Positions 1-11,320 of a stretch of DNA of 40,859 nucleotides are shown piece by piece. The notes under the pieces were generated by a model. The model was not told where the DNA came from. It was given only the letters and a program-made list of their open reading frames with translations, and ran no database searches. Each line of letters begins with the position of its first letter. The first letter of the stretch is position 1. Both the position numbers and the translations under genes were made by a program. Source of the stretch: Hydrurus foetidus (taxonomy: Eukaryota); the NCBI GenBank assembly GCA_900617105.1, contig UYFQ01000458.1:1-40859 (forward strand), written 5' to 3'.

Positions 1-104
1 TGAAATTGTATGTCCGATCGTATCGTGCCATATACTCAGCTCAACATATTTGTACAATCAACTTCCACACTCAAGGCGTGACAGAACAAGATAACCACAC
101 TCAA

Positions 105-3100
105 ATGGTAGAGACCCGAACAAAACGGCTGCTCGAAGCCTCAGTCGACAATTCCGATGAGTCTGGTAGCGAAAACGAAGCAGATGATATATATAACTCG
201 CAAGAGTTGGCTGGCATCAACATGCCAGATGACAACGAAGAAATGGTTTACCTACACAAACCTAAACAGTACACAGCACCGAAGGAGTTTATTAGTCTTG
301 TCGGAGGACCTCAAACTTTTGAAAAGCTTATGAAGTGCGTGGAGTCGGATGGACGCAGTAGAATGTACATCGCCGTGTTCCAAGCGGGATTCAAATCCGA
401 AGCGCAGAAAGATCTATTAATTAAAGAGCTTCAGTCAAATGCCTACTTTTTTCAGAGCTTCGTTCAGGCAACACCAACATTTAAGACGGCTATAGGACAA
501 AGCACACTTCTTAATAAAGTCGCAGTATCCCGATTTCAGGGAAATGATCGAACTGACATCAAGCAACTGCTGTAAGTCCTCCTTCCGCTTTACAAAGATT
601 TACAAAGATTTACAAAGAAACTTTAGCTCTTTGCTAATTGACACGTCCGTTGAAATGTAGGCGCTCAATTCGAGCTGAAGATAGCGTCCCAGATGCCAGA
701 GTATCGCAGCTTAAAATTGGCAATGAAGTTGTGCGGGTGCTGAAGCTGAGTGCTGACTATCTGGCACAATTGTAGAAACTTATGAGAGAAAATGTACATA
801 CTGAAACTCTGAGTAAACTAGTATATCTTAGATACCATCGAATCAACTGCAACGCAATGCTGACAATCTGGTACAGTTGAAGAAACTTATGATGAATATG
901 TACATACTGTAACGCTGAGTAAACTATTACATCTTATATACCATCGAATCAACTGCAATGCAGGAATTGGTTGAAAACTTTTTAAAGAATTAAAAAGACG
1001 GTTCGCTCATTATTGTCTGAAAGTCAATAAAAATTACAAAGAGTTCTTGTGGCACCTTGCCGACAAAGATATTCCGGATGATTGGCAAAAGGCAACAACA
1101 TACAACAAAAGAATCTCAGCTGCAAGAAAGAAAGCGCGGCTTCAAAAACTACACGTAAGTGATTGTTACAAGATACATATCCCAAAACACCAATAATTGT
1201 TGCATAATTACTAGGATGTGGAAGACGAAGACGTCCAAAGCAATAAAAAGCAAATTAAAACTGCGCAGGTAATATTAAAACGCAAATTATGTAGATGTAT
1301 AAACAATTAACATTAGATCGTTTCAAATTTCATACAGATTCAAAAAAAAAAGTCTACCCCGCAGCCAAATACGAAAAAATCAACAAAAAATGGAAAACAT
1401 GTAAGACAAAATTATTCCTATGCATCAACAAGTTTCGATATACTTAACCAATGTCGCATATATAAACAGCAGAATAATAACATAACACCGGAAGAACAAG
1501 AAATAGTGGACTTTTCGCAAGAGGAAGAAGAGGAGGAAGAGGATGAAAGTCAAGATGAAGTAGAGGAAGAAGTAGACTTAAGTCAAAATAACGACGAACC
1601 TCACGTTGCAGAAATTGAGGTAAAAAAATTGAATGCTATCTTAAACATACTCATTTATTATGGACAACAAATTGCATAATAGGAGAATACCACACAGCAT
1701 CAGAATAATATACGCATTGTGTGTCTAAATATGTAATGTATTACAATACTGCATTAAACACAGAAATGTCAAGGTTCAGTGGATATACGTGAGAATGTGC
1801 AACAAGAACAAATAAGTCAAGCAAATAATGACTCATCGGTAAGTAAATAACATAACCAAATTATGCAATACTGTTGAACTAAAATTTGGATTTATAATCT
1901 ATAAATTATTAGGCTACAAATAATAATCCATGGATTAGTATATTTACACAAAAATACGAGCACTTAGCATCACACATGCAGAACGAACTTAAAGATTTAA
2001 TTGATCGCTACTTTAAAGATATAGTGGAAACATCTGAAAGTGGCGATACAAGCAATGCACAGAACAATAATTCAAATACTACATTAAATAATAACATACA
2101 AAATATAACAGCAAGATGCTCAGAAACAGATAGTAATGAAATTAGTTCTACTCTAGCACATCCTACATCACAAGAATCGCAGAATATAAATACGCTAGGG
2201 CATAATTCATCTAATAATGTATCGGGTGGTAATATTCAAGAAATTACAGAAATATTTATTCCAATTGGACATACTGGTATAAATGTGATGGAGACCACCG
2301 ACACTTCTCTTGAACATACAACATCTATTGGCATTTTACAAAATATAAATATTAATACGCTACAACAACGATTGCAGGATAATGTACCGGATAATAATAA
2401 TCCACAAGAAACGCATGAAATTATACCAATACAACAAACAATAATTAATGTTATGAATGACACCGTATTTACTCCACAAAATATCACATCTATTGAAATT
2501 ATACCAATTATAAATCCACAAATAAATATCATGGCGGACAACACACCTACGCCTGAAGATCTAACATCAGTTCAACATCCAAGACCTAATATTGTAACAC
2601 AAATGACACAAACAACACCAATACCAAATACATTAACAGCAGAAAAAAATACAAACTCTAGAACTGGTAAACATTCAAACACAAAGAAGAAAAATCAAAC
2701 TACAGAGCCGCAAAATAATACTCAAAAACCGCAAAATAAAATTACAGTGCAGAATCGTAAACGAACAAAAGTACCATATACGCCATACGAAATCACCATA
2801 ACAGAAAGGGACAGAGTTAATTGTACAATCTCACAGACAACATTTTCAGTTCTGCACAACAACCTCGAATAGGACGTGGTCAAAACACAACTCCAATATG
2901 TAAAATACGAGAAATAGAAGAACTGACAAGTGATGAGATTGATTTATATATAAATCATTTAAATGACAAATTCAGACAATGCAAAAATACAAACGTTCTA
3001 ATATTAAATGTGGATTTTTATATAATGGCACTAAGGTATATTGTACAAGAGGAGGACGAATTTAATGCAGCACCATTTGCAACGCCAAATGATGATATGA

Positions 3101-4276
3101 CACAATATGGTGAACTAGTAGAAAAAAGACCACTACTTGAACCATACAATAAGCAAAATGAAATTAGATACACAACACTTGTTGAAAGTTTTCCAACCGC
3201 AGATGACTTTAAGAACTTTCAGAAGGTATGTTGCAACATAATTACACATACAAATATATATATTTCACCAACTATACTAACAAAAACATGTGCGCACATA
3301 ATCACATGTGCTGGCCATTGGATGCTTATTGTAGTTTCCATAAAGAACAGACTTATATTAATGTGCGATAGCATCGCTGAATCATCAATCCCAGAAAGAT
3401 GTATTGAGGATACAGTATCCTTTCTCAGATATTACTATCCCGAAATACAAGAAACATCATGGAGATATGATACCTTACATAACGGTGACAGATTCCAAAA
3501 CGTTAACTTGAACAAAGACTGCGGCTTTCACATATTAAACTTTATTCATGCGGCAATTAAAAATGCAAGAATTCCACAATTACATGAAACCTTTAATGCA
3601 TTCAAAGCACGTACTGAAAAACTGTTAAAAGAATTACAAAATCCCGCAAATACACAGTCAACATCTTCCTCGAGCGCGATAAACACAGAACTGACACAAA
3701 CACATTCACCACAAGAACAATCCGAAAATACGCAACAAACACAGTCGGAAATTACGCCACAACAATAACATTACCCACATGACAATCGAAAAAGATTCAT
3801 TAATAAAACACTTGGTGACATCTCATATTAGTAGAAATGTATATACAAATCCGATTGCTAACATTTAAATTGTTTTGTAACTAACATATTATTAAAATTT
3901 GTATAGCCGTCAAATGTCAATTTTTCTGCCATGTTAAATGCAAGAAAAGAGGATTATAACACCAGACAGAAAGCCAGACAGATAATTATATTGACAAAGA
4001 AATTGCCAACGGAAATTCGTAACTCCTCAGGCACAAAATCTGGCGAACAGTGATAATAAAGTCGGAACAAGCATACCCAGATCAAAAATTTCAATTGCAA
4101 GGAACCAAACATTTTTTATTTTATACGCATTTTGCATCCGAATTTTGTTCGTGGATACACAAGAAACGACTGGATTAACATATGCGGATGAATTTAAACA
4201 ACACCTGACACATCTCATCGGATATCCCAAATCTCTAGTTAACGCAAATATTCATGAAGTCAGTAACCGAAAATGA
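105..4276 (+). CDS. Multi-exon gene (model approximate, frameshifted in this sequence): long acidic and N/T/Q-rich protein with a Ulp1/SENP-like (peptidase C48) domain at ~2920-3600; possibly transposon cargo
   Basis: ORF 2821..3768 has GHWMLIVV, MCDS and QNVNLNKDCGFHIL, i.e. the His, Asp, Gln, Cys order of clan CE/C48 proteases. ORFs 6..575 and 1976..2872 are on the same strand and separated by GT...AG introns (e.g. 572-660). A last open frame ends at TGA 4276. Exon structure is uncertain. Confidence 0.55.
751..962 (+). repeat. Diverged tandem duplication, ~107-bp unit x2, probably intronic
   Basis: Units start at 751 (tgctgactatctgg) and 858 (tgctgacaatctgg); both contain ataccatcgaatcaactgcaa. 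Confidence 0.8.
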
Positions 4277-4374
4277 TAAATGACAAATAAACACTAAACT
4301 ACATTAATATAATGTACATTTATATTAAAATGCAACCTTAGCAACATAAATATAAATTTAGATATAATACAACA

Positions 4375-4665
4375 TCGTGTATACAGTATATATTACAGTA
4401 TACAGTATATACAATATACAGTATAAAGTATATATACAAGATACAATATACTATACAATCAGTTGATACTTTTGATTGATAATGCTACTTATGTCCGAAA
4501 CAGAGTATTCGTATCCATTCATACATGCACATTAATAAAATATACAGTATACAATATATAGAATATATACAGTATACAATATATAATATATGTTGTATAC
4601 AGTATATATACAGAATACAGTATACGTATTATACGGTATATACGTATTATACGGTATACACGTAA
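4375..4665. repeat. AT-rich low-complexity repeats (TATACAGTA-like; tatacgtattatacggta x2)
   Basis: Seen directly in two clusters, ~4380-4455 and ~4540-4660. Confidence 0.75.
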
Positions 4666-4754
4666 AACATTTTAATTTAATCTGTATTTTATCCCCCACC
4701 TGGCACGTTGATACGCGCCCCCCCACAATCACTTATTCAAACAATAATCATCAT

Positions 4755-5040
4755 GGGGGTGTGTTGGGATATCCGGATTAGATTAGGATCTTGTACCCTG
4801 TGTGATGTATGATTGTTTTCATGCACGGGTGTACGTACATTCAGCGATAACATTGACCGCAACCCTCGCACTCATGTTATGCTACCTAGATGTAATCGAC
4901 AGCATGTCACTGTCGTTTAATCCAACTTACCGAATAGAACGTCTTCTTCTCTTTTGAGCGAGCGTTGCTAGCAGTCGGAAGTGCAGGGATCGTTTGGGAA
5001 CTGGGAAGAAATTCCGTGTAAATCGCCCAGATTTCCAACA
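4755..5040 (+). mobile_element. Copia-type polypurine tract + orphan 3' LTR (4762-5040, 279 bp)
   Basis: GGGGGTG is followed directly by TGTTGG...CCAACA (6-bp terminal inverted repeat). The junction matches the PPT/LTR junction AGGGGTG|TGTTGG of the intact Copia at 27905-27917. No internal coding region or partner LTR is visible. Confidence 0.65.
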
Positions 5041-5059
5041 TTTCGGCTGTTAGTTATGA

Positions 5060-5081
5060 GGCCAAACCTTATAGCGCACCG
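5060..5081 (+). repeat. Left TIR of outer Harbinger
   Basis: Exact reverse complement of 13260-13281. Confidence 0.93.
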
Positions 5082-5282
5082 GATCACACATTTTTAATCG
5101 AAAATTCGTCATCCTGCCAACTTTCAGACCCATATAGCGCCTCGGAATCGTATTTTGAATTTCGTATTGACTGATTTCAACAATTCGTAACGAGATATGG
5201 GGCACTTCTTCGTAATCCAATTCTCGTTTTGGATGACGATATTGAGATTACATTCAAATCACATTCAAACACCAATATCTCA

Positions 5283-6994
5283 ATGGCGGCAACAAAGCGC
5301 CAGTTGCTGGTCGTCAGATCCAAACAGTTCTTGTTGATTGCCCGAGCGGGCATGTCAATTCCATCATATGAAATGTCGCTCGGGCAAATCCAAGACAAAA
5401 TGATGACGCAAATGCATAGTCATGTATCATCCTTCATCCAGCCGGCTTCCATACGCCTTTTGAACAAAGACAAATACCTTCGGACCTGCAAATTTATGAA
5501 TCCTAGCGTCGAAGTGGATGATGAGCACACGGGCATCAGTTTATGGAGGAAATACGCCGATATCAAAAAATATGTTACCAATAGCATTACTCCCTTCTAT
5601 TTCAAATGTCTGGGGAAGGATGGTCTTATTCCTTCGGGAAAATCAAAGGAGGAGATTCTATACAAGACTCGGGAGTTGCTGTTCAAGTCTGAACAGGAAG
5701 CTGCGAAGAGCCGTTCGAAGAATCCTAGAGGATACGTCGTGAAAGAATTCTCCCCTGATTGGTATCCTACAGAATGGGAAGTGTTTCTTTTGTATGGAGC
5801 AGCTTCAGAGAAGCCTGATAAAGCCTTCTACATGGAGTAAGTTGATGTCTGCTTATTTTAATTCTTAGATACATTGCTAATGATAATTGTACGTCATCAG
5901 GAAGTCCTCTGGTCCATCGTCTCTATCCTCCTCCTCCCAAAATCAACCGACCAAGTCTCAGAATCGCAAGACTCAAAGACATTTGCAGAGGAAAGAAGAG
6001 CTCCAAAAGATTAATGTGGAGCTCAAGAAACCATCCAAGCATGACCAACTTATCGATCAAGAGTCGAAAGTCAGTGCCAACAACTTGGCCATCAACAAGG
6101 CAATGGTGGAGCTGAAGTTGAGACAACAGGTAAATTTTATAATCGAATACAACTAAATCACACTTTAATTCATTGTATTTTCTTCCGCAGAGAATCCTGG
6201 AGCTTGAGAAGTTGCTGAGCCTGGAGTTCTTGCCGGATCTGGACCGAGGACCATTGCAAGATGAATACATGAATTATTTAATGAATGGCGGACCCGGTAT
6301 TCAAAATTATCAGCCAATCAGGGAAGATCCACCTGAAGCTGAGACAGAAGTACCTATTGCAACAGTCCTTAGTGATGTGGAGGAGCCCAATCCCATGGAT
6401 ACTAGCACCCAGTCCATCACCTCTCGCATAACATTAGAGAAGTATAACACAGACGCAGACACGGATGAGGATGACAATGCGGGAGAGGAGGGAGGCGAGG
6501 GGGATAACGGAGAGGAGGATGAGAATGGAGAGAACCTAGAAGAGAATGAGAGTGAGGAGAACAAAGATGAGGCAGCTGACGAAGATGAGGGAGAATCTGG
6601 AAAGAGATGGGAAGATGATGGCGAAGACGAAGAAGAGAAGGAGATGATTGAGAAGGAGAAAAGCTATGGAACCATTAGAACCAACCCATCGAAGTCAAGG
6701 AATGCTGTCTTTACTCCAAGTGAGCCTACACAAGACTCTTCTGAAACCTCCTATGAAATGTTCGAACGCCGTCAAAGTCAGGTTCCAATCACAAGACCTT
6801 TCGTATCCCGAAACACTTCCTCCTCTTCATCTTCTTCGTCGAGTTCATCTTCTGCTACAAGTGTTGAATCCGGAAGGGTGACAAGAGGCTCGGCCACCAA
6901 GAGATCAAAGGGCGAGGTCAACGTTACTGTGGAAGAGGAAGATAATGAGGACTATTTCTCGGTGCCAAAAAAGGGCAAAAAGGGGAAGAAATAA
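5283..6994 (+). CDS. Outer Harbinger accessory protein (ORF2), 3 exons: 5283-5836, 5901-6129, 6191-6994
   Basis: GT-AG introns 5837-5900 and 6130-6190 join ORFs 5229, 5887 and 6173 in frame. Contains LWRKY...IPSGKSKEEIL, a coiled-coil-like stretch, an acidic tract, poly-Ser and a basic C-terminus (PKKGKKGKK). Lies inside the TIRs, convergent with the transposase. Confidence 0.8.
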
Positions 6995-7187
6995 TTGAAT
7001 TTCATATCAAATGATGTCTTTTAAATTACAATTGTATGTCACATGATATCAATAAATATTTACAGAATGTTAAATGAGCTTATATTCGACGTAGGAGGTA
7101 AATTTGTTTTTTTTTTAAAAATCAGTGATCAGGATTCAGTGATTCGTTAACGGATTTTCAAATTACTTAAATTATAAAAAGTTATTT

Positions 7188-8639
7188 TTAAACACATTTC
7201 TTCTTTAACCACTTCACATCATTGATTGAATGTTTATAGGCAAAGTGATCTACCAATTTCTTATTTAATTGACTATAAGAAGTTTCATATTCTTCCACTT
7301 CGTCTCCATGTGAAAATTCGAAAATATCTCTGTTACGTTCTACTCCTATATAACTGTAATCACTAATGGATGTTAAATTTCTAACTCTGCTCAAATGCTG
7401 ACGAAAAATAAACATATCTTCTGCAGCATGTTCACCATCTCTACCAGCATAATTAACATCTTTTTCCCAACGCACATCCAGACCATCAAATGTAAGTAAT
7501 AAATTATGAAAGATACAGCAAGTGAAGAACATATTATCAACTACATCTCTTGTATTATAAAATATAGGTACTTTTAAACAACGAAATCTACCTTTTAATG
7601 AACCAAATGTACACTCAACATCTTTCCGCACTGACTCAGCCCATTCGCTCCACAGAGCTTCTTTTTTAATAGCTGAGTGTCTCAACGGACACTGAAGACA
7701 CCTCCACTTATGATACCCTCCATCAACAAGAAGATAACATCCCTTCTCCAGATATTCTTCTCCATTTTCTTTGCACATCTTGTATCTCACATTCGAATAA
7801 AGATCTTCGTCATGAATTGCTGAAACAAATCCATCAAAACGAACAATCGTTTTGTCATTTTTCGCTCCAGGAAATCCTTTCGTAGCAGAAATAATTTTAG
7901 AGGTATGATCGACAGTAACCTCATATGATATTGTTGGGTAACCCTCCTTCCCTTTGTGTAAAGATCTATCTCCCACTGGACACCTTTCCCATCGGATATG
8001 AACACAGTCTGTACTGCCAATACATCCAGGGAAACCCAATCTATCGTAGACGCTTAAAGTCCTGTTAACCTCATCATCAGTCAAAGGTGCGTTGCAGTAA
8101 ATCTCGAAATATTTCTTTGAAAAGAGAGAGCAGAAAGAGTGAAAGAAAATCCTGTTGCATTCAGCACTGATAAAGGAAAGCTCCTCAATTCCATCGAAAC
8201 AATAACCTCTACCCAGAACACGTAAAACTCCAAGAATTTTAAGCTCTAACGGAGCACCTCTTCTACCAGACGCATCTCCTCTCTCCGTAAACCAATTGTT
8301 CTCTCTCGTAAGTGCAACTATTCTTTCGAATAGAGGAAAAGGAACCCGAAAGCGAAGTCTAAATAGAACTCCACCTTTCCTATCACCAGGATCACGAGTT
8401 CTCGGATTAAGAAGCATTCTCCCCCAGGTTGAATACTCGTACATTGGACGGTCCTCTGACTTTCGCATACGGAAGACTATCATCTTATACTTGCTATCAT
8501 TGACTTCCTCATCATCGTAAGGATTCATAGCTAACATTTTGCGACGTTTAGCGGATGCCTCTTCCGCTAGATTAATTGCATACATGACCGCCGCAGAGTT
8601 AGCATACTCGTTCACCATAGAGTATTCAGAGTCGTACAT
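7188..8639 (-). CDS. PIF/Harbinger DDE transposase (Plant_tran/DDE_Tnp_4-like), 483 aa, intact
   Basis: FRLRFRVPFPLF, LRVLGRG, catalytic motifs GCIGSTDCVH, VDGGY and RKDVECTFG, followed by CCIFHN. Confidence 0.93.
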   Translation of the reverse strand: MYDSEYSMVNEYANSAAVMYAINLAEEASAKRRKMLAMNPYDDEEVNDSKYKMIVFRMRKSEDRPMYEYSTWGRMLLNPRTRDPGDRKGGVLFRLRFRVPFPLFERIVALTRENNWFTERGDASGRRGAPLELKILGVLRVLGRGYCFDGIEELSFISAECNRIFFHSFCSLFSKKYFEIYCNAPLTDDEVNRTLSVYDRLGFPGCIGSTDCVHIRWERCPVGDRSLHKGKEGYPTISYEVTVDHTSKIISATKGFPGAKNDKTIVRFDGFVSAIHDEDLYSNVRYKMCKENGEEYLEKGCYLLVDGGYHKWRCLQCPLRHSAIKKEALWSEWAESVRKDVECTFGSLKGRFRCLKVPIFYNTRDVVDNMFFTCCIFHNLLLTFDGLDVRWEKDVNYAGRDGEHAAEDMFIFRQHLSRVRNLTSISDYSYIGVERNRDIFEFSHGDEVEEYETSYSQLNKKLVDHFAYKHSINDVKWLKKKCV

Positions 8640-9043
8640 TTTGTCTGCTGAAGGTTACTTTTAACGAAGTAGAAATTGTGTCGAGGTTTGACTTATAGCC
8701 AACCTTTCGAAGACTTTCAGAAACAAGTAATTCAGAAAAATGTTTCAGTGATCCTTATAAGGGCTACAAAAAGCCAAAACGAATTTTAAAATACAGGTTT
8801 TAGGATTTCGTTTCAGTGATCCTTATAAGGCCCTTCCTAGTGGAGTACAAATTACAAAATACAAAATTCGGAAATTTTTGAACTTTTATTTTTGTACTTT
8901 GTACCTCTACGGTTGTAGTGGTTGACAAAATACGAAAGCTCTGTTTTGTCTCTTTTTTAAACCTCACGTTCGTAGTGGTTATCATTTTACAAAACACAAA
9001 TTAGCAACCTCTAAAAATTTTGCCACCACCTCAATTTCGCAAG

Positions 9044-10947
9044 ATGGTCAAAAGTAAGGTTATGCAAGCCAAATCCAAGTCCGCGAAGAAATTTGTCGAG
9101 AAACTCAAAGCTCCCCAGTTGAAGGCGTTGCAGTATCTTCTTGCTGCTAACGCATATGTCTCAATTATTGAGGGATCTGCTCGGAGAAAGAAGACGCAGA
9201 AAGAAGACATGGAAATGTGAGTTGTTTAAACTCTGATTACAGCATTTTAACCTCTCAAGAACTCATCAATTTCATTGTCACTTGATAGATTCTACCATGG
9301 TGATGGCGGCGACCAGCTTGGTCAAGTCAACCAGCTATTGAATGGGAATAATCGGTACAAAGTCTTATGGGACGGAGATAAAATTGGTTCTGGTTTTGGA
9401 ATTTTGAGCGGTATTAACAAAGATTCTATCAAGGAAATCATCAATATGCCGACCTTGTCTGGACGTAAGAGAATCACTGGCCGTCAACTGCTGTCTAAAG
9501 CAAAGGCGAGCATTAAAGAAGCCAAAGTTTTACTAGCGTATTGGACAGACTACACAAGGAACGGTGGTTTCCCGTCTGGGAAAAATGAGGAGGACGCTCT
9601 AGAATTCTGTAAGGAGTCTGTTACAGCGGAGCATCAACACAACATGGAGAAAGAAGATGACACTGATGACGACGAGGAGGAGGATGAGCCTCCAGTATCT
9701 CAAAGTCGTGTATTAACTCAACCTCTCAAGAACAGACGAGTAGTGGAATCCGATACTGAGGAACCTGAGGCTGAGGACGAAGGATCGGATGATGAAGACA
9801 ATGAGAAGGAGTTTGTTTCAAAGAGGATTTACAATCCTCCTGCTCTTGTGACTTTCATGTTGCTTGGTCCTTATGGATGTGAAGCGTATGGATTCCCTGT
9901 ATCGGCAGTTTTTAGCATTGATACAGAGTCAATTGAGGAAAACGCCAAGACGGGAATGTATAACACCAAGTCCATGAAAGAGGAAAAGAAAGCTGCTGCA
10001 GACCTTGTTCGGTAAGTCTTTGTCATATCTAATTTTAAATTTCAACCTCTCACTGATACGCTCTTAAATTACATAGTACCGAAGGCGAGGGTCGAGGCTT
10101 GAGTAATTTCCAGTCTCAGCGTTTGGACTTGCAGAAAACCGAGATCAAGATTATGCAGGACTCTCAAGATCATCACAAGAAGAGAATGAAGGCGCAAGAT
10201 GGGTATGCTGCTGCAAACTCCATGCTGGAAAAACATGGGAGTAGGATGAACGAGTCCCAATGTGCATACTGGTTCCAAGTTGCCAATAAATGGGCCATGG
10301 AAATGTCCACGTTCGAAGAAGAGGACACTCAAGCAGACTACGATACTCCTGTCGTCATTTCCAAACCAAAACATACGGTGCATCAGGATGAAGACACTAC
10401 CACCGCATTTCGTTTAGATGAGGAATCAGTAGCCCCCAACTCATCCCTACAGAAGAAGAAATCGAAGACTGTGAAAGACTCTACTGAGAGGAATTATTCT
10501 CTTATCAGCAATTCCCATCCAGTGGGACAGGTTCATCCTCCATTACAACCACCATCCACGGTTGTAACGAGTGTCATAATCGAGAGGAGCCTACAACATG
10601 AAAATTCTATTCTACGATCTGATTCTACTCATACGGCTGCTGAAACACTGGAGTTTATTCTGGGATCTAATGGAGAACCAATACCAGAACCAGTCTATCA
10701 ATCCTCTATTCAGATGTATCAGGCTACCATTGTACCATCAGCATCTTCTCACCTTTTCAGTAAGGAATCATCTGTACCTGTTGGACTCAAAAGCTCTGCC
10801 CCCAGCGAGGTTCGTAAAGTTAAACAGAAGATCGCAGCTGAAGCCCCAGTGAACACACTAGCGGACACCATCAATACCAACAGCGGAAACAGCAGCAGAC
10901 TGACCATCGGGAGTAGCGTAAGCCAAAGGGACAGTAACCCAGAGAAA

Positions 10948-10994
<47 letters not shown>

Positions 10995-11043
10995 CAAGGA
11001 AGGCAAGAGGACTGTAAAGAAGAGAACTATTGATAGTGTTTAA
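9044..11043 (+). CDS. Inner Harbinger accessory protein (ORF2), 3 exons: 9044-9216, 9289-10011, 10077-11043
   Basis: GT-AG introns 9217-9288 and 10012-10076 join ORFs 9020, 9275 and 10099 in frame. Contains GFPSGKNEEDAL, acidic tracts, poly-Ser and a basic C-terminus. Confidence 0.8.
10951..10995 (+). repeat. (AGC)12(AAC)3 coding microsatellite (poly-Ser/Asn)
   Basis: Seen directly, within the last exon of the inner ORF2. Confidence 0.9.
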
Positions 11044-11320
11044 TTGATTTATAACATGCCTTGTTTAAAATTGGTTTTGGTATTATGTACTCCACTACAA
11101 TCGAGAGGTCCCAAAATGAGGATACAAAAAATAGAAAAATAAATATGTTTCGAAAGTATGATAATATAAGTTAAAACATGCTAATATAATTATGTGAATT
11201 GATTTTAACGATAAATAAATTATAAAATTTTGTATAATTATTTTGTACTCCACTACAATCGAACGGATACAAAATTTGTATGAGTATATACAATACATGA
11301 TATACAAGGAGTTAAAAACA

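Noticed and set aside
587..618. (TTTACAAAGA)x3 repeat
   Set aside because: Short intronic slippage repeat with no sign of function.
4762..5040. Solo LTR formed by recombination, or a self-priming test for this LTR
   Set aside because: It retains a PPT and has no flanking TSD, so it is a 3' LTR remnant; its PBS is not in the window, so priming mode cannot be tested.
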